Assembly: GCA_041649315.1 (NCBI GenBank)
Contig: JBAZNJ010000001.1
Location: 197,869 to 261,868, forward strand
DNA length: 64,000 nt
Origin: Patescibacteria group bacterium
GTDB taxonomy: Bacteria; Patescibacteriota; Patescibacteriia; Patescibacteriales; UBA12465
Reading direction: 5' to 3'
Shown: piece after piece, positions 35,801-44,375 of the stretch
Layout: every line of letters begins with the position of its first letter
Numbering within the stretch: the stretch's first letter is position 1
Notes under the pieces: model-generated
What the model saw: only the letters and a program-made list of their open reading frames with translations
Told to the model about the DNA's origin: nothing
Databases searched by the model: none
Position numbers and translations under genes: made by a program

Positions 35801-38800
35801 CGCGATAAAAGTACCGGCCGGACAAACGCCTTCACCATAATTCCGCTCTTCTAATAATAAGACGTTCCCGTTAAAACTATTCGTATCCATCTTCTTATTA
35901 AAATCAACCTTAAGCACGGCATTCCGACAAACATTATTATCTAAATGCTTAGGGGAGCTTAAATCGATCTTCGGCCGCGCCTGACAACAAGTATCAAGCC
36001 CGCAGCCGATATTTTCCGGCGAACCGCAATCTAAATCATTAGTACAGCCGCAGCATAAACCGCGATCATCGCCGGAACAATTACCTTTATCTGCCTCACA
36101 ACTAAGCTTAGAATTGCGGGCGGCGCAGGCATCAGAATATTCCACTCCCTCAACTGTTATCGGCTCGCCCGGCTGGCAGCAACAAGTACCGCAATCCGCA
36201 GAAGACCCGCCGAGATTGCCTTCCGGAGAAAAACAGCCAAAACCTTGAACATTACAAACCTCAGGATCACAAAGAGAAGTATCGCCGGCTGTACATATCA
36301 ATCCCGCCCCGGCTGGTTTATTTGGGCAATATTGCTCGCAAGCGGAAATACTGCTAAAAGAATTTTCTGTTCCTCTAACTGGAGTTGAAGATGCGCATTG
36401 GTTAGGATTACTGGCCGAGCAATCATAATAAGCACACCAACCGGCATCCGCCCCCTCGGCAATCTGATTTCCTAAACGACAAATATCATCATCGGTTGCC
36501 GTTGTTCTATCGGAATCAAAGCAACAACGGGGGTTAGCTCGACAATCACCAAAATCCGTTAAACCCGGGCATGGGTCATTCTGCGGACAGGTTTTTTCAC
36601 AAATTTCTAAACTTTTATAAGGCCCGATCTTTAGCGGATTGGTCGCCGCGCATTCATTAGCATTCGTGGCCGAACAATCATAATAAGCGCAATAGCCAAA
36701 ATCCGGATGGGACGGATCAGCGCTTACTAATCCGTTATTATCGCTGCCGCCGCGGCAAATATCATCGGCCGAATCGCTGGTGCCGCGCGAATCCAAACAA
36801 CAAACACCGGCATGTTCTAAACATCCGGCCGCGCTTAAACTAGAGCAATCGCCACAAAAGCCGTTCGGGAAATTATCATTATCTATTTCGCAATATTGGC
36901 CGCTATGGCCGGAACAATTACAAGTCGCGTCGCGTATTCCGGGATCTTCGCCGGCCGAAGCACAACCGCCACAAAGGCCTAGGCCGATATTTGTATTATT
37001 TTGGCCATCTGTTAATGAAATATCACTACCGCAAGTCCCCTCGCATTGCAAGCCGGCACAGCAATCGCGCGCACTTTCCCCGATTGTACAACAGCAGTCG
37101 CAACTGGCGGCAATCGGCTCTAAGCATTTATTAGTTTCCGCACAAATTGAATCTCCCGGGCAAATTTCTTCCGAGGCACAACAGCCGGATCCATTTACTT
37201 CTATACAAGAAAATTCTTCCGAACAAAGCGAACAAACGGAAATTGGATCTATACAAGTATTACCATTCCCTCGTGCCCATCCATCCGGACAGGAAGTAAC
37301 GCTTTCTATTGTCCAACGGTTTCCTATTTCCTCACTAATATTTTGACAAACTTTTTCTGCTTCGTATTCCTGGCTATTCAAAGTATAAGAAAAAGTTTGG
37401 CTTAAATCGCAGATCGCGTCAGCGCCTTTCTCAAGACAGCGATTAACCGTAGAATCATAAGAACAACCATTCGTCCCTAAGCCGCCGCAACCAGAAACGC
37501 TGATACAACTAAAATCACAATCGGCAATCGCTTTTTGCCCGCCGGCATAAGGAGAACAAAGACCGGGCGTATTCGGACAATAATCATTGGTCTGGCAAGT
37601 ACCATAGTATTCAGATAAACCGGCACAGCTATAAGCATAAGGATTTTCTACTAAATCACCAAAACCGGTACTGAATTTCCATTCAAAAACCGAAGTCGGA
37701 ATATCAACGAAACAATCATTTAAAGAATCAACGCAGCGGCCTTTTCGATAAGTATTTTGCGGACAGCAAACCTGCGTGCCGCAATCCGCGTCAACCCGGC
37801 ATTCTTCCACAGCAAAATCAAGGGCGTTGCCGGTTAAACTATTGCTAACTACTGAAACCGGGCCGGAAATCGCGCCAGCCGGAACTTCGGTTTCAATCAT
37901 ATCCGCCCGCCCATCAAGCTCAATCATCCCGACTGCATTCCGATCATAATTAAATTTTATTAAGCCCTCGCTGTCTTCCCGACCGAAATATTCTCCCCAA
38001 AGGGTTACCGGCGACGCGACCGGACCGCTCAACGGTTCTAATTTACATAAACTCGGCGCCAACGGAGCATTTTTATCCGCTAAGAAAATATTGGGATTTA
38101 ATTTTTCCGTATTAATTACAGCGTCCCCTAAATCAACCATGATAACTTGCGACCCGTCCTCTAAACCGGCCGGAACTTTAACAACGATCTGATTATCTTT
38201 CCAAACCGAATTAAGGCACATTTCCGGAAAATCATAAGTCGCTTCGGTCGCGCCGAAAAAAACCCGGGAAGTGCCGCGGGCGCCGCCAAAACCGTCGCCG
38301 CGGATAGTAACATATTGGCCCGGAGCGCCGCTAAGCGGCGAAAAAGACGCAATAAAAGGTCCATCGCCCGCTTCGCTTTCTTTTACAAAACGAAGGTAAT
38401 TGCTTTTTTCGGCCTGGCCGGATAAATTTACCGTCACGAAACTGCCGGATTCCCCGGCCTTAATATTCGGAGTAAGCGAAGTACCGCTTAAGCCCTCGGG
38501 ATTTGTAAAAACTGACTCTATCGCCCGGACATTAGTTTTATAATTACCAAAATAAGCGGCGGCTGAATATAAATTAACTCCTTGATAATTAACTTCGGAA
38601 CTTAAGGCGCCGCGATTAGGATCAAGATAGCATAAACCCGGACGAACAATATTATTGGCTCGGAAATTCGGAATTTCCGGACCAAAATCATCGTCGGTAT
38701 AATCGCTCGCTCCTTCCTGGCTTACTACCTGGATCGGACCGGAAATCGCGCCAGCCGGAACCGCAATAATTATTTGATCATCGCGCCAAAAATCCGAACA

Positions 38801-39763
38801 GGAGGTATTAAGGACTGACGGGGCAATTCCTTCAACCGGATTGCCGCTTCCGGTAAAAAGAACTTTACTGGCGCCATCCGCGTATTCGCCAAAATTTCTT
38901 CCAAAAATCGTAATAAAATTATCAACCGCGCCGTTCGGCGTTAAAAGGTCGCAAACACCCGAGCAATCATCGTCAGAAATACATGACTGATTAGGATTAT
39001 CAATGCAGAAACCGCCTAAAGGACTTATCTCCGTAATCACCGGCGGCCCATAGCAAAGACAAGTTTCTGGATTACAACTTAAATATTCCGCGCATTGATC
39101 ATTATCGGCTTCACAGGTTTCATTACTCAAATCCCCATCACAAGATGCTCCCAAACCGCCGCGCGGCCGGCAAGCGCAATTAGCTTCATCGCAATAATCG
39201 CTAGACGCGCAAATCTGATTTACGGCCTGGCAACCGGGATTCGGGCTGGAATCGCAGCTAGTCGGATTACCGATTCCGGCGCCGGAACAATCCGACCCGA
39301 CACAAGGACCCCATGATCCATTAGAATAAAGCATTGAACCGCCGCAGCCGCAAGGCGCCAAGCTCCCTTCTTCGTAACCGCCCCCAGTGCCGCTAACTGC
39401 GTTACCTAAACGCGTTAAAATAAAAGTAGCAATTCCCCAAGACGCCAAAATAATCACTAAGCCGATAACGCCGCTTTTTAAAATTTTCTTGGCTTTTTCT
39501 ACTTTTTCTTCTTCGCCGCCGGAAGTCATCCAAATAAAGCCGCCATAAATCACGAAACCGACCGCGATAATTCCTAAAAACCCTAAAGCAATATTAATAA
39601 TCCGACCGGCAATCGTCCGCGGATCACCAGCCGCCAAAGCACCGTCCAAACCGCTCTCTACCGCCTCCGTACCGAAGTCCTGGGCAAATACCAAACGCGC
39701 TAAAAGCAGCCCACCGGCAATGAGTAAGAAAAATAATAAATTTTTACTGATTTTTTTTCGCAC
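32807..39763 (-). CDS. giant Cys-rich surface protein (2318 aa) with an N-terminal TrbC/VirB2-like pilin module
   Basis: Signal peptide ...RLVFAQ, then two TM helices flanking TSGGEEEKVEKAKKILK. Several IPT/TIG-like units follow (PVITEISPLGG.., FSPLSGAPGQYVTIRGDGFG, LEPLSGPVASPVTLWGEYFG). It also has FN3-like units, five tandem CxxxCxGKCGGAxDGCGGxC repeats and a C-terminal jelly-roll-like domain ending in CRYTF. Confidence 0.85.
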   Translation of the reverse strand: MRKKISKNLLFFLLIAGGLLLARLVFAQDFGTEAVESGLDGALAAGDPRTIAGRIINIALGFLGIIAVGFVIYGGFIWMTSGGEEEKVEKAKKILKSGVIGLVIILASWGIATFILTRLGNAVSGTGGGYEEGSLAPCGCGGSMLYSNGSWGPCVGSDCSGAGIGNPTSCDSSPNPGCQAVNQICASSDYCDEANCACRPRGGLGASCDGDLSNETCEADNDQCAEYLSCNPETCLCYGPPVITEISPLGGFCIDNPNQSCISDDDCSGVCDLLTPNGAVDNFITIFGRNFGEYADGASKVLFTGSGNPVEGIAPSVLNTSCSDFWRDDQIIIAVPAGAISGPIQVVSQEGASDYTDDDFGPEIPNFRANNIVRPGLCYLDPNRGALSSEVNYQGVNLYSAAAYFGNYKTNVRAIESVFTNPEGLSGTSLTPNIKAGESGSFVTVNLSGQAEKSNYLRFVKESEAGDGPFIASFSPLSGAPGQYVTIRGDGFGGARGTSRVFFGATEATYDFPEMCLNSVWKDNQIVVKVPAGLEDGSQVIMVDLGDAVINTEKLNPNIFLADKNAPLAPSLCKLEPLSGPVASPVTLWGEYFGREDSEGLIKFNYDRNAVGMIELDGRADMIETEVPAGAISGPVSVVSNSLTGNALDFAVEECRVDADCGTQVCCPQNTYRKGRCVDSLNDCFVDIPTSVFEWKFSTGFGDLVENPYAYSCAGLSEYYGTCQTNDYCPNTPGLCSPYAGGQKAIADCDFSCISVSGCGGLGTNGCSYDSTVNRCLEKGADAICDLSQTFSYTLNSQEYEAEKVCQNISEEIGNRWTIESVTSCPDGWARGNGNTCIDPISVCSLCSEEFSCIEVNGSGCCASEEICPGDSICAETNKCLEPIAASCDCCCTIGESARDCCAGLQCEGTCGSDISLTDGQNNTNIGLGLCGGCASAGEDPGIRDATCNCSGHSGQYCEIDNDNFPNGFCGDCSSLSAAGCLEHAGVCCLDSRGTSDSADDICRGGSDNNGLVSADPSHPDFGYCAYYDCSATNANECAATNPLKIGPYKSLEICEKTCPQNDPCPGLTDFGDCRANPRCCFDSDRTTATDDDICRLGNQIAEGADAGWCAYYDCSASNPNQCASSTPVRGTENSFSSISACEQYCPNKPAGAGLICTAGDTSLCDPEVCNVQGFGCFSPEGNLGGSSADCGTCCCQPGEPITVEGVEYSDACAARNSKLSCEADKGNCSGDDRGLCCGCTNDLDCGSPENIGCGLDTCCQARPKIDLSSPKHLDNNVCRNAVLKVDFNKKMDTNSFNGNVLLLEERNYGEGVCPAGTFIATGESLAEIALDNSDSDSFSLELKQSRLVRLSSRLASLWLKLFGRFNDSALADMPDPNKLYCAVPGDVSSENNGESTSLLFVPKRLLSPAANYYLIVLGDTELNSRSGVLSMEGIGLNGSGYLNVSKEDYDGGNYSSNDYVEGENIFFNKRTYKNSQIIKFTTLSGQDPTSGICAIDEVLVSPSSYLFKTSENSLDENDSDPAAKTFDTEADRDKVFAARAYSANGQILRPVSGYFWDWEFDIANGEVASLEEVSSDRILVRAEPGITDGETMITATVNMERFLDEGNCNDNLNCVCEGEICSNNCCNFYTGGDKFNNFSNIYLFLCNNPWPPVAPDGTWEPWFDNCPAGLGASCADYNYKFYYCRDAGAAGTLDDLPAIIDQAVIRGISSNLICSSDQSPCVSAGEVCGADKNGDSVPDGICIWNVLKESYFFREALPAGSEIIEAIDREIGGTVSLAWRSEAAQVYSYKIYYSSGSGEMFFKELKASEVCSLVDGSYECRSLINNLENNIPYIFKISAVSESRTESGLSGELSVMPTDKVPPATPAAPSLSVVDSLLKFSWPANADKVSFYRLYRGVSVKAYGESFDSAGPNTSLSFPLNQFSVGNNYFSLSAFDEYDNESIKSDELSCELSLREGCEDFSASDCGPQLDCCSKDCSGKCGGAPDGCGGTCTADCPEFEKCVNQVCEACVPDCAGKCGGAVDGCGGYCDDACSSSGEACINQRCQQICTPDCAGKCGGAVDGCGGTCTTACPQGQECINEVCRNICTPDCAGKCGGAADGCGGTCMAACPGFEKCVSQVCQACVPSCVGKAPCADNGCGGTCAVPCNGDDPCLQISVDNFYEVYLNGTKVAITYPSSSREYIDVYSENGMVSSRCSNDMCWTDIRPLPVTLRTGNNVLAIKAINDGGVYGLAARLVDGCNTVISTNNPNNWVCTEVTPAMNWMNTSFSTNSYWRAAIETGKTGNGNRLYPAVNQLWATTASGAKSTADTIYCRYTF
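33305..33844 (-). repeat. five tandem ~37-39-aa Cys-rich repeats (about 111-117 bp each) in the 2318-aa gene
   Basis: CSKDCSGKCGGAPDGCGGTCTADCPEFEKCVNQVCEA / CVPDCAGKCGGAVDGCGGYCDDAC.. / CTPDCAGKCGGAVDGCGGTCTTAC.. / CTPDCAGKCGGAADGCGGTCMAAC.. / CVPSCVGKAPCADNGCGGTCAVPC. Confidence 0.85.
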
Positions 39764-39788
39764 AGATTAAATTTAGTATTTACAAAAA

Positions 39789-42494
39789 TTATTGGCAACT
39801 TCCATTCGTGCCAAGTATATCGGTCGGGACACCGAAACAACAAGAAGGATATTCGTCGGTCGCCGAGCAACCCGGACCGATACTTGGCTTATAACAATTC
39901 TGATAAATATCTTTAACGCCGGAGCCGACCTGGACTTTATAAGTCATGGACTCGGCAAAAGGTGAATGAAAGATATTAACAATACTTAAATCCGGCTCGC
40001 CATCCAAAGGTTCAACATCTAAATTATCTACTTTCATCCAATATCCGAGCGGGGACGGCGAAGCCGCGCTTAAATTAATCAATCTATGTTCAACCGTAGA
40101 AGTTCCGCTCTTTACCTTTAAGCCGCCGCTTTGCAAAGTGCTATTCATCATTAAAGTATTAAACTTAATTTTAACCGGCTCAACCAAAGGCAGGCCGCTT
40201 TGCCCGGCCGAAGGGCTTATTTCCGTGATCACCGGCGGGTCTAAAGCAATCTGATCGTTGATGTAAAAAGACCATTTATATTTATCCTTTTTCCCAGCGT
40301 TAACTATTGAATCATAATTATCATGATAAAAATCCAAAGGCCCGTCGGCATAGGCGCTCCGATCGCCGTCAAAAGAATTGATTGCCGCGTCCACGATCCC
40401 GTCCAAGGAGCTTAAATTTCCAGCCGGATAATTCTGGCCGGCGTCATCCTGGCAGGTCTTATAACCCAAAGAAGTGTCTCGGCAATTTATAAACGGCACT
40501 AAAGCCGAACAGTCGCTATCGCTTTCACAGGTCTTAAGATTGGCCGGCAGCATTTCCATAGCTAAATGGCTATTAGCCGGCAAACAATAAATTTCCTCGC
40601 CGCAACCGTTGACGCCGCATTTAACATCGGAAATAAACTCCAAGGTCTTATAATTATTGCTCACGACGAATTTCCCGCCCAAATAATCACCGACGCAAAC
40701 ATTGTTTTCGCATTTATAAGATCGACATTCCGAGGCCGCGCTGCAAGCCGCACCGGCCGGAAAAGCTTCAGTAGCGGCATTAACGACCCGGATATGGCCA
40801 GCCACTTCTCCGGCCGTGCCGGAAACGGTCGCCGGATTAATCGCTTCATTAAAATTAACCTGGATTACAGAATTCATCGGCCGATCTTTTTTATCCAACG
40901 GCTCATCGGTTTTTTCTAAATCCGTGCCGCCAGAAAACGACTTCAATCCTAAAACCGAAACAGCCGTTGTCGTTAATGAAATATTATTACCGTCCTCGCC
41001 AGCAACCCGCGCCGTTAAAATCACTTTATCTCCTTCTTTAAAAACTTCCAAATCTTCCCGGCCGCTTAATTTCGCCGTAATATTTTTTGCTAATTCATCA
41101 TTACTATAACTATCCGGCACTAAAATATTATTATTCTCTCCAGAAGCGGCAAAAGAATATATTTCCCCCCCGACCTCGAGGGTATCAGCTAAGCGTTCCG
41201 GGCTGATTTTTATATTCCATAGATATTCTGCCTTAACCGAATCTGATTTAAAGGTTAAATAATTATTAAAAACCGCCTGGCCGGAAACCAAATCCGCAAT
41301 ACCTAAAAGATTATTGGCACCGTCAAAAAGCTGGACTTTGTCATCGGCGCCGTCAGGCACGGAAACGATAAAATCAGAAACGCTTCCATGATAATCTAAA
41401 ATCACCGAAGCGCCACTCGGCGTCGTCGGAGTGGCCGGTGTAACCGAAATCACTTCGGCCGGCGCATAAACCGCCGGCTCACCCAGGACCGTTATCGCCG
41501 CGCTAGCCGGTGCGGCTGGAGTTATTTGCTGATAAATATCTTTAATATTATCCGGAATCGGAAATACTCCGGTCGGGACGACTAAAGGCGGGGTTAGATC
41601 TAATTTATCGCTAACTGTAAATTCCCATTGAGCGCCGGAGACATTGCAACCAGTGAACATTGAAGAATCGTCTGTTTTCTTAATATAATCGCTTAATTTA
41701 ACAGAATAAGCGGTTTCCCCGCTGGCCGAACCTAAAAAGCTCAAAGGGCTTAAAATAAAAGTTTTATCCTCGCCGGTAACCGTTACTAAAACATCGGTCA
41801 CATTCGCGTTCTCCTCCGGGCAAGAAGAAGCCGAACAAGAATCGCCTAAAGCGCTCTTATACAAACGGACCGCTAAAGGATTAAGGCGATTACAATCTTC
41901 TTTATCACAAACGCAAGGCGTTGCCTGGCTATTAATACAAAGGGTGTCGGTTTTTATTTTTTCTTTTAGGGTAACCATGATTGAAGTATTGCGCGGCACG
42001 TCCTTTTGGCCGTCGGCCGGATAAACACTATCAACCGCGCAGGCACCGATGGCCGCTGTGCCAGAGCCGGAGATACCGGCCCGATTTGAATCGGCCGGAC
42101 TGCCAGTAATTCCTAAAGCGTCGGATAAGCGAGAAAGTAAAAAAGTTGTTATTCCCCAAGAAGACAAAACTATAACCAGGCCAATAACCGCGTTTTTGAG
42201 AATATTTTTCGCTTTCGTTATTTTTTCTTCATCGCCGCCCGAAGTCGTCCAGATAAACCCGGCGTACATTATTATCACAACCGCGAGTACTCCTAAAAAG
42301 CTTAAGGCAATCTGGATAATCCGGCCGATAATCATCCGCGGGTCAGCCGAAGACAGGGTCCCGCCCAAGCCGCTTTCCACCGCTTCTACGCCAAAATCCT
42401 GAGCCGCGACTGGTAAAGAAAACAAAAAACCGCCCGCCGCAACTAAGGCCAGCCAAGCAAAAATAATCATAATCGATTTTACTTTTCTAGTCAT
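39789..42494 (-). CDS. large surface protein (901 aa from ATG 42494) with an N-terminal TrbC/VirB2-like pilin module and Big_5-type Ig domains
   Basis: MTRKVKSIMIIFAWLALVAAGGFLFSLPVAAQ signal, then a module 65/97 identical to that of the 2318-aa protein. SbsA/Big_5-like segments (VDSVYPADGQKDVPRNTSIMVTL, MNSVIQVNFNEAINPATVSG, ISPSAGQSGLPLVEPVKIKFN). The longer track ORF (to 42737) overlaps the divergent rel gene and is rejected. Confidence 0.8.
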   Translation of the reverse strand: MTRKVKSIMIIFAWLALVAAGGFLFSLPVAAQDFGVEAVESGLGGTLSSADPRMIIGRIIQIALSFLGVLAVVIIMYAGFIWTTSGGDEEKITKAKNILKNAVIGLVIVLSSWGITTFLLSRLSDALGITGSPADSNRAGISGSGTAAIGACAVDSVYPADGQKDVPRNTSIMVTLKEKIKTDTLCINSQATPCVCDKEDCNRLNPLAVRLYKSALGDSCSASSCPEENANVTDVLVTVTGEDKTFILSPLSFLGSASGETAYSVKLSDYIKKTDDSSMFTGCNVSGAQWEFTVSDKLDLTPPLVVPTGVFPIPDNIKDIYQQITPAAPASAAITVLGEPAVYAPAEVISVTPATPTTPSGASVILDYHGSVSDFIVSVPDGADDKVQLFDGANNLLGIADLVSGQAVFNNYLTFKSDSVKAEYLWNIKISPERLADTLEVGGEIYSFAASGENNNILVPDSYSNDELAKNITAKLSGREDLEVFKEGDKVILTARVAGEDGNNISLTTTAVSVLGLKSFSGGTDLEKTDEPLDKKDRPMNSVIQVNFNEAINPATVSGTAGEVAGHIRVVNAATEAFPAGAACSAASECRSYKCENNVCVGDYLGGKFVVSNNYKTLEFISDVKCGVNGCGEEIYCLPANSHLAMEMLPANLKTCESDSDCSALVPFINCRDTSLGYKTCQDDAGQNYPAGNLSSLDGIVDAAINSFDGDRSAYADGPLDFYHDNYDSIVNAGKKDKYKWSFYINDQIALDPPVITEISPSAGQSGLPLVEPVKIKFNTLMMNSTLQSGGLKVKSGTSTVEHRLINLSAASPSPLGYWMKVDNLDVEPLDGEPDLSIVNIFHSPFAESMTYKVQVGSGVKDIYQNCYKPSIGPGCSATDEYPSCCFGVPTDILGTNGSCQ

Positions 42495-42512
42495 TGGATT
42501 TCTAAGTAAAAA

Positions 42513-42561
42513 TTTAAAATTATGCTTGTCTATGCTATAATAATATAGCTTTATTATAACA
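42513..42561. promoter_or_regulatory. divergent extended -10 promoter candidates (rel on +, surface locus on -)
   Basis: Plus strand: TTTAAA (42513-18), 17 nt, then TGcTATAAT (42533-41). Minus strand: TGtTATAAT, which is the reverse complement of 42553-42561. Confidence 0.4.
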
Positions 42562-42587
42562 TAAAAAGAGAAAAATAAAAAAGGGTT

Positions 42588-44057
42588 ATGACGATTGACC
42601 GCGTAGTTAAAAAATTCTCTGATAACCACCCCGGCGAGGACGTCGCTGTTCTTTACCGGGCCTTTGAATTTGCTAACGCCGCCCATAAGGACCAAGCTCG
42701 AAAAAACGGCGATCCCTATATCCAACATCCGCTCCATACCGCCTATATTTTAGCGGAAATCAAGGCGGATTTAGCGACTATTGCGAGCGGGCTACTTCAT
42801 GACGTCCCGGAAGATACGCCGCATACTCTTGAAGAGATTGACGAACTTTTTGGGCCGGAGATTGCTTCTTTAGTCGGCGGTATTACTAAGCTTGGAAAAA
42901 TAAAATATCGTGGCATTGAACGCTACCGCGAAAATCTAAGAAGAATGTTCCTGGCCATGACTAATGACTTACGGGTAGTCTTTATAAAATTTTGTGATCG
43001 TTTGAATAATCTCCGAACGATAGAAAATCTGCCACCGGAAAAACAAAAAAGAATTGCTAAAGAAACCATGGAAATCTATGTGCCGATTGCCGGGCTCTTA
43101 GGAATCGCCCGGTTAAAGTGGCAAATGGAGGACATCTGTTTTAAAATCCTTTACCCCGATGAATTCCAGGCTCTAGAATATAAATACGAAGTGGAAAAAA
43201 AAGTCGAGCGCAATCGTTTTTTTCAAAAGGTTAAAAACATTATCGTCCCGAAATTAAAAGAAACCGGAATTGAACACTCAATTGAAATCCGCTTCAAGCA
43301 TCTTTATAGCATCCATCAAAAAATGCAGGAAAAGAATCGTAAATTCGATGAGATTTACGACGTTTTCGCCTTGCGCATCATCGTCCCGACGATTGATGAC
43401 TGTTATAAGACGCTGGGCATAATCCATACTTTATGGAAACCAAAGCCGCATCGTTTCAAGGATTATGTCGCTGTCCCTAAACCTAATGGCTATCGGTCCA
43501 TCCATACCACGATTATCGGCCCGGAGAACAAAGCCACAGAATTCCAGATCCGGACAAAGGAAATGCACGAAGAGAGCCTTTACGGTTTAGCGGCCCATTG
43601 GTATTACAAAAATAAAACTAAAACAACCAATTACGCGGCCCCGCATTGGGTTAAAGAAATAATTGAAATCCAAAAAGAAATCAGTAATACGGACGAATTG
43701 GTAAAAAAAATAAAATTAGATATTTTTCGAGATCGGATTTTTGTTTTCTCACCAAAGGGGGATGTTTTCGAGCTCCCGGAAGGCGCGACCCCGGTCGATT
43801 TTGCTTATGCTGTCCATACCAATATCGGCAACAAGGCTTCCGGCGCCCTGATCAATGATAAGCTCGGCCGACTTGACCAGGAGTTAAAAAACGGCGATTT
43901 CGTAAAAATCATTACGGAAAAAAACCGCGAATACCCGAATCGCGACTGGCTAAAATTCGTCCGTACCCGGAAAGCGCGCGAACGCATCAAGCAATATACT
44001 AAAAAATCCCGCCTGGAAACTATCAAGCGCTTCATCCCGGGAATGAATCGAGAATAA
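42588..44057 (+). CDS. bifunctional (p)ppGpp synthetase/hydrolase, short Rel/SpoT homologue (HD + synthetase + TGS, no ACT/RRM domain)
   Basis: HD motif LLHDVPEDT, synthetase core YRSIHTTI and a TGS segment IFVFSPKGDVFELPEGATPVDFAYAVH. 489 aa. Confidence 0.9.
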   Translation: MTIDRVVKKFSDNHPGEDVAVLYRAFEFANAAHKDQARKNGDPYIQHPLHTAYILAEIKADLATIASGLLHDVPEDTPHTLEEIDELFGPEIASLVGGITKLGKIKYRGIERYRENLRRMFLAMTNDLRVVFIKFCDRLNNLRTIENLPPEKQKRIAKETMEIYVPIAGLLGIARLKWQMEDICFKILYPDEFQALEYKYEVEKKVERNRFFQKVKNIIVPKLKETGIEHSIEIRFKHLYSIHQKMQEKNRKFDEIYDVFALRIIVPTIDDCYKTLGIIHTLWKPKPHRFKDYVAVPKPNGYRSIHTTIIGPENKATEFQIRTKEMHEESLYGLAAHWYYKNKTKTTNYAAPHWVKEIIEIQKEISNTDELVKKIKLDIFRDRIFVFSPKGDVFELPEGATPVDFAYAVHTNIGNKASGALINDKLGRLDQELKNGDFVKIITEKNREYPNRDWLKFVRTRKARERIKQYTKKSRLETIKRFIPGMNRE

Positions 44058-44085
44058 GAAACTGATATATTTCAAACCCCTTAAC

Positions 44086-44116
44086 AAAATCACTCCCTTT
44101 TCGGGAGTGATTTTAA
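44086..44116. terminator. bidirectional terminator between convergent rel and rpsU
   Basis: AATCACTCCC-TTTTC-GGGAGTGATT hairpin with A-rich sequence upstream and TT(T)AAATTT downstream. Confidence 0.7.
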
Positions 44117-44141
44117 ATTTCTATCATAACTCTATCATAGC

Positions 44142-44375
44142 TTACGAGCGCCGATTGCTCTCCGGCAACTTGCCGATACGACGTAAATGCTCATTTTTAC
44201 GACTTAAAGCCAGGCCGGTTAACGCGCGTTTTTTCTGTTTCTGCTTAGTGGTCTTCTGTTCTAAATGTTTTTTAGACCGTGCTTTTTCCAAACGCTTGCT
44301 GTTTTTCAAACCCTTCTTAAATTTCCGTAAAAAACTTTCAAAACTTTCGCCCGGCTTTCTCTTAAAGTCCGCCAT
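44142..44375 (-). CDS. rpsU: 30S ribosomal protein S21
   Basis: MADFKRKPGESFESFLRKFKKGLKNSKRLEKARSKKHLEQKTTKQKQKKRA resembles S21. A strong SD (GGAGG) lies 9 nt upstream of the ATG at 44375. Confidence 0.8.
   Translation of the reverse strand: MADFKRKPGESFESFLRKFKKGLKNSKRLEKARSKKHLEQKTTKQKQKKRALTGLALSRKNEHLRRIGKLPESNRRS

Noticed and set aside
28903-39763. A diversity-generating retroelement targeting the C-terminal domains of the giants.
   Set aside because: The window contains no reverse-transcriptase ORF and no near-identical template/variable repeat pair. This can only be tested genome-wide.
42495-42737. An 81-codon N-terminal extension of the 901-aa gene (track ORF 39789-42737).
   Set aside because: It overlaps the divergent rel gene and its promoter and has no signal-like features. 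The internal ATG at 42494 gives a classical signal peptide, aligned with the paralogue's start.
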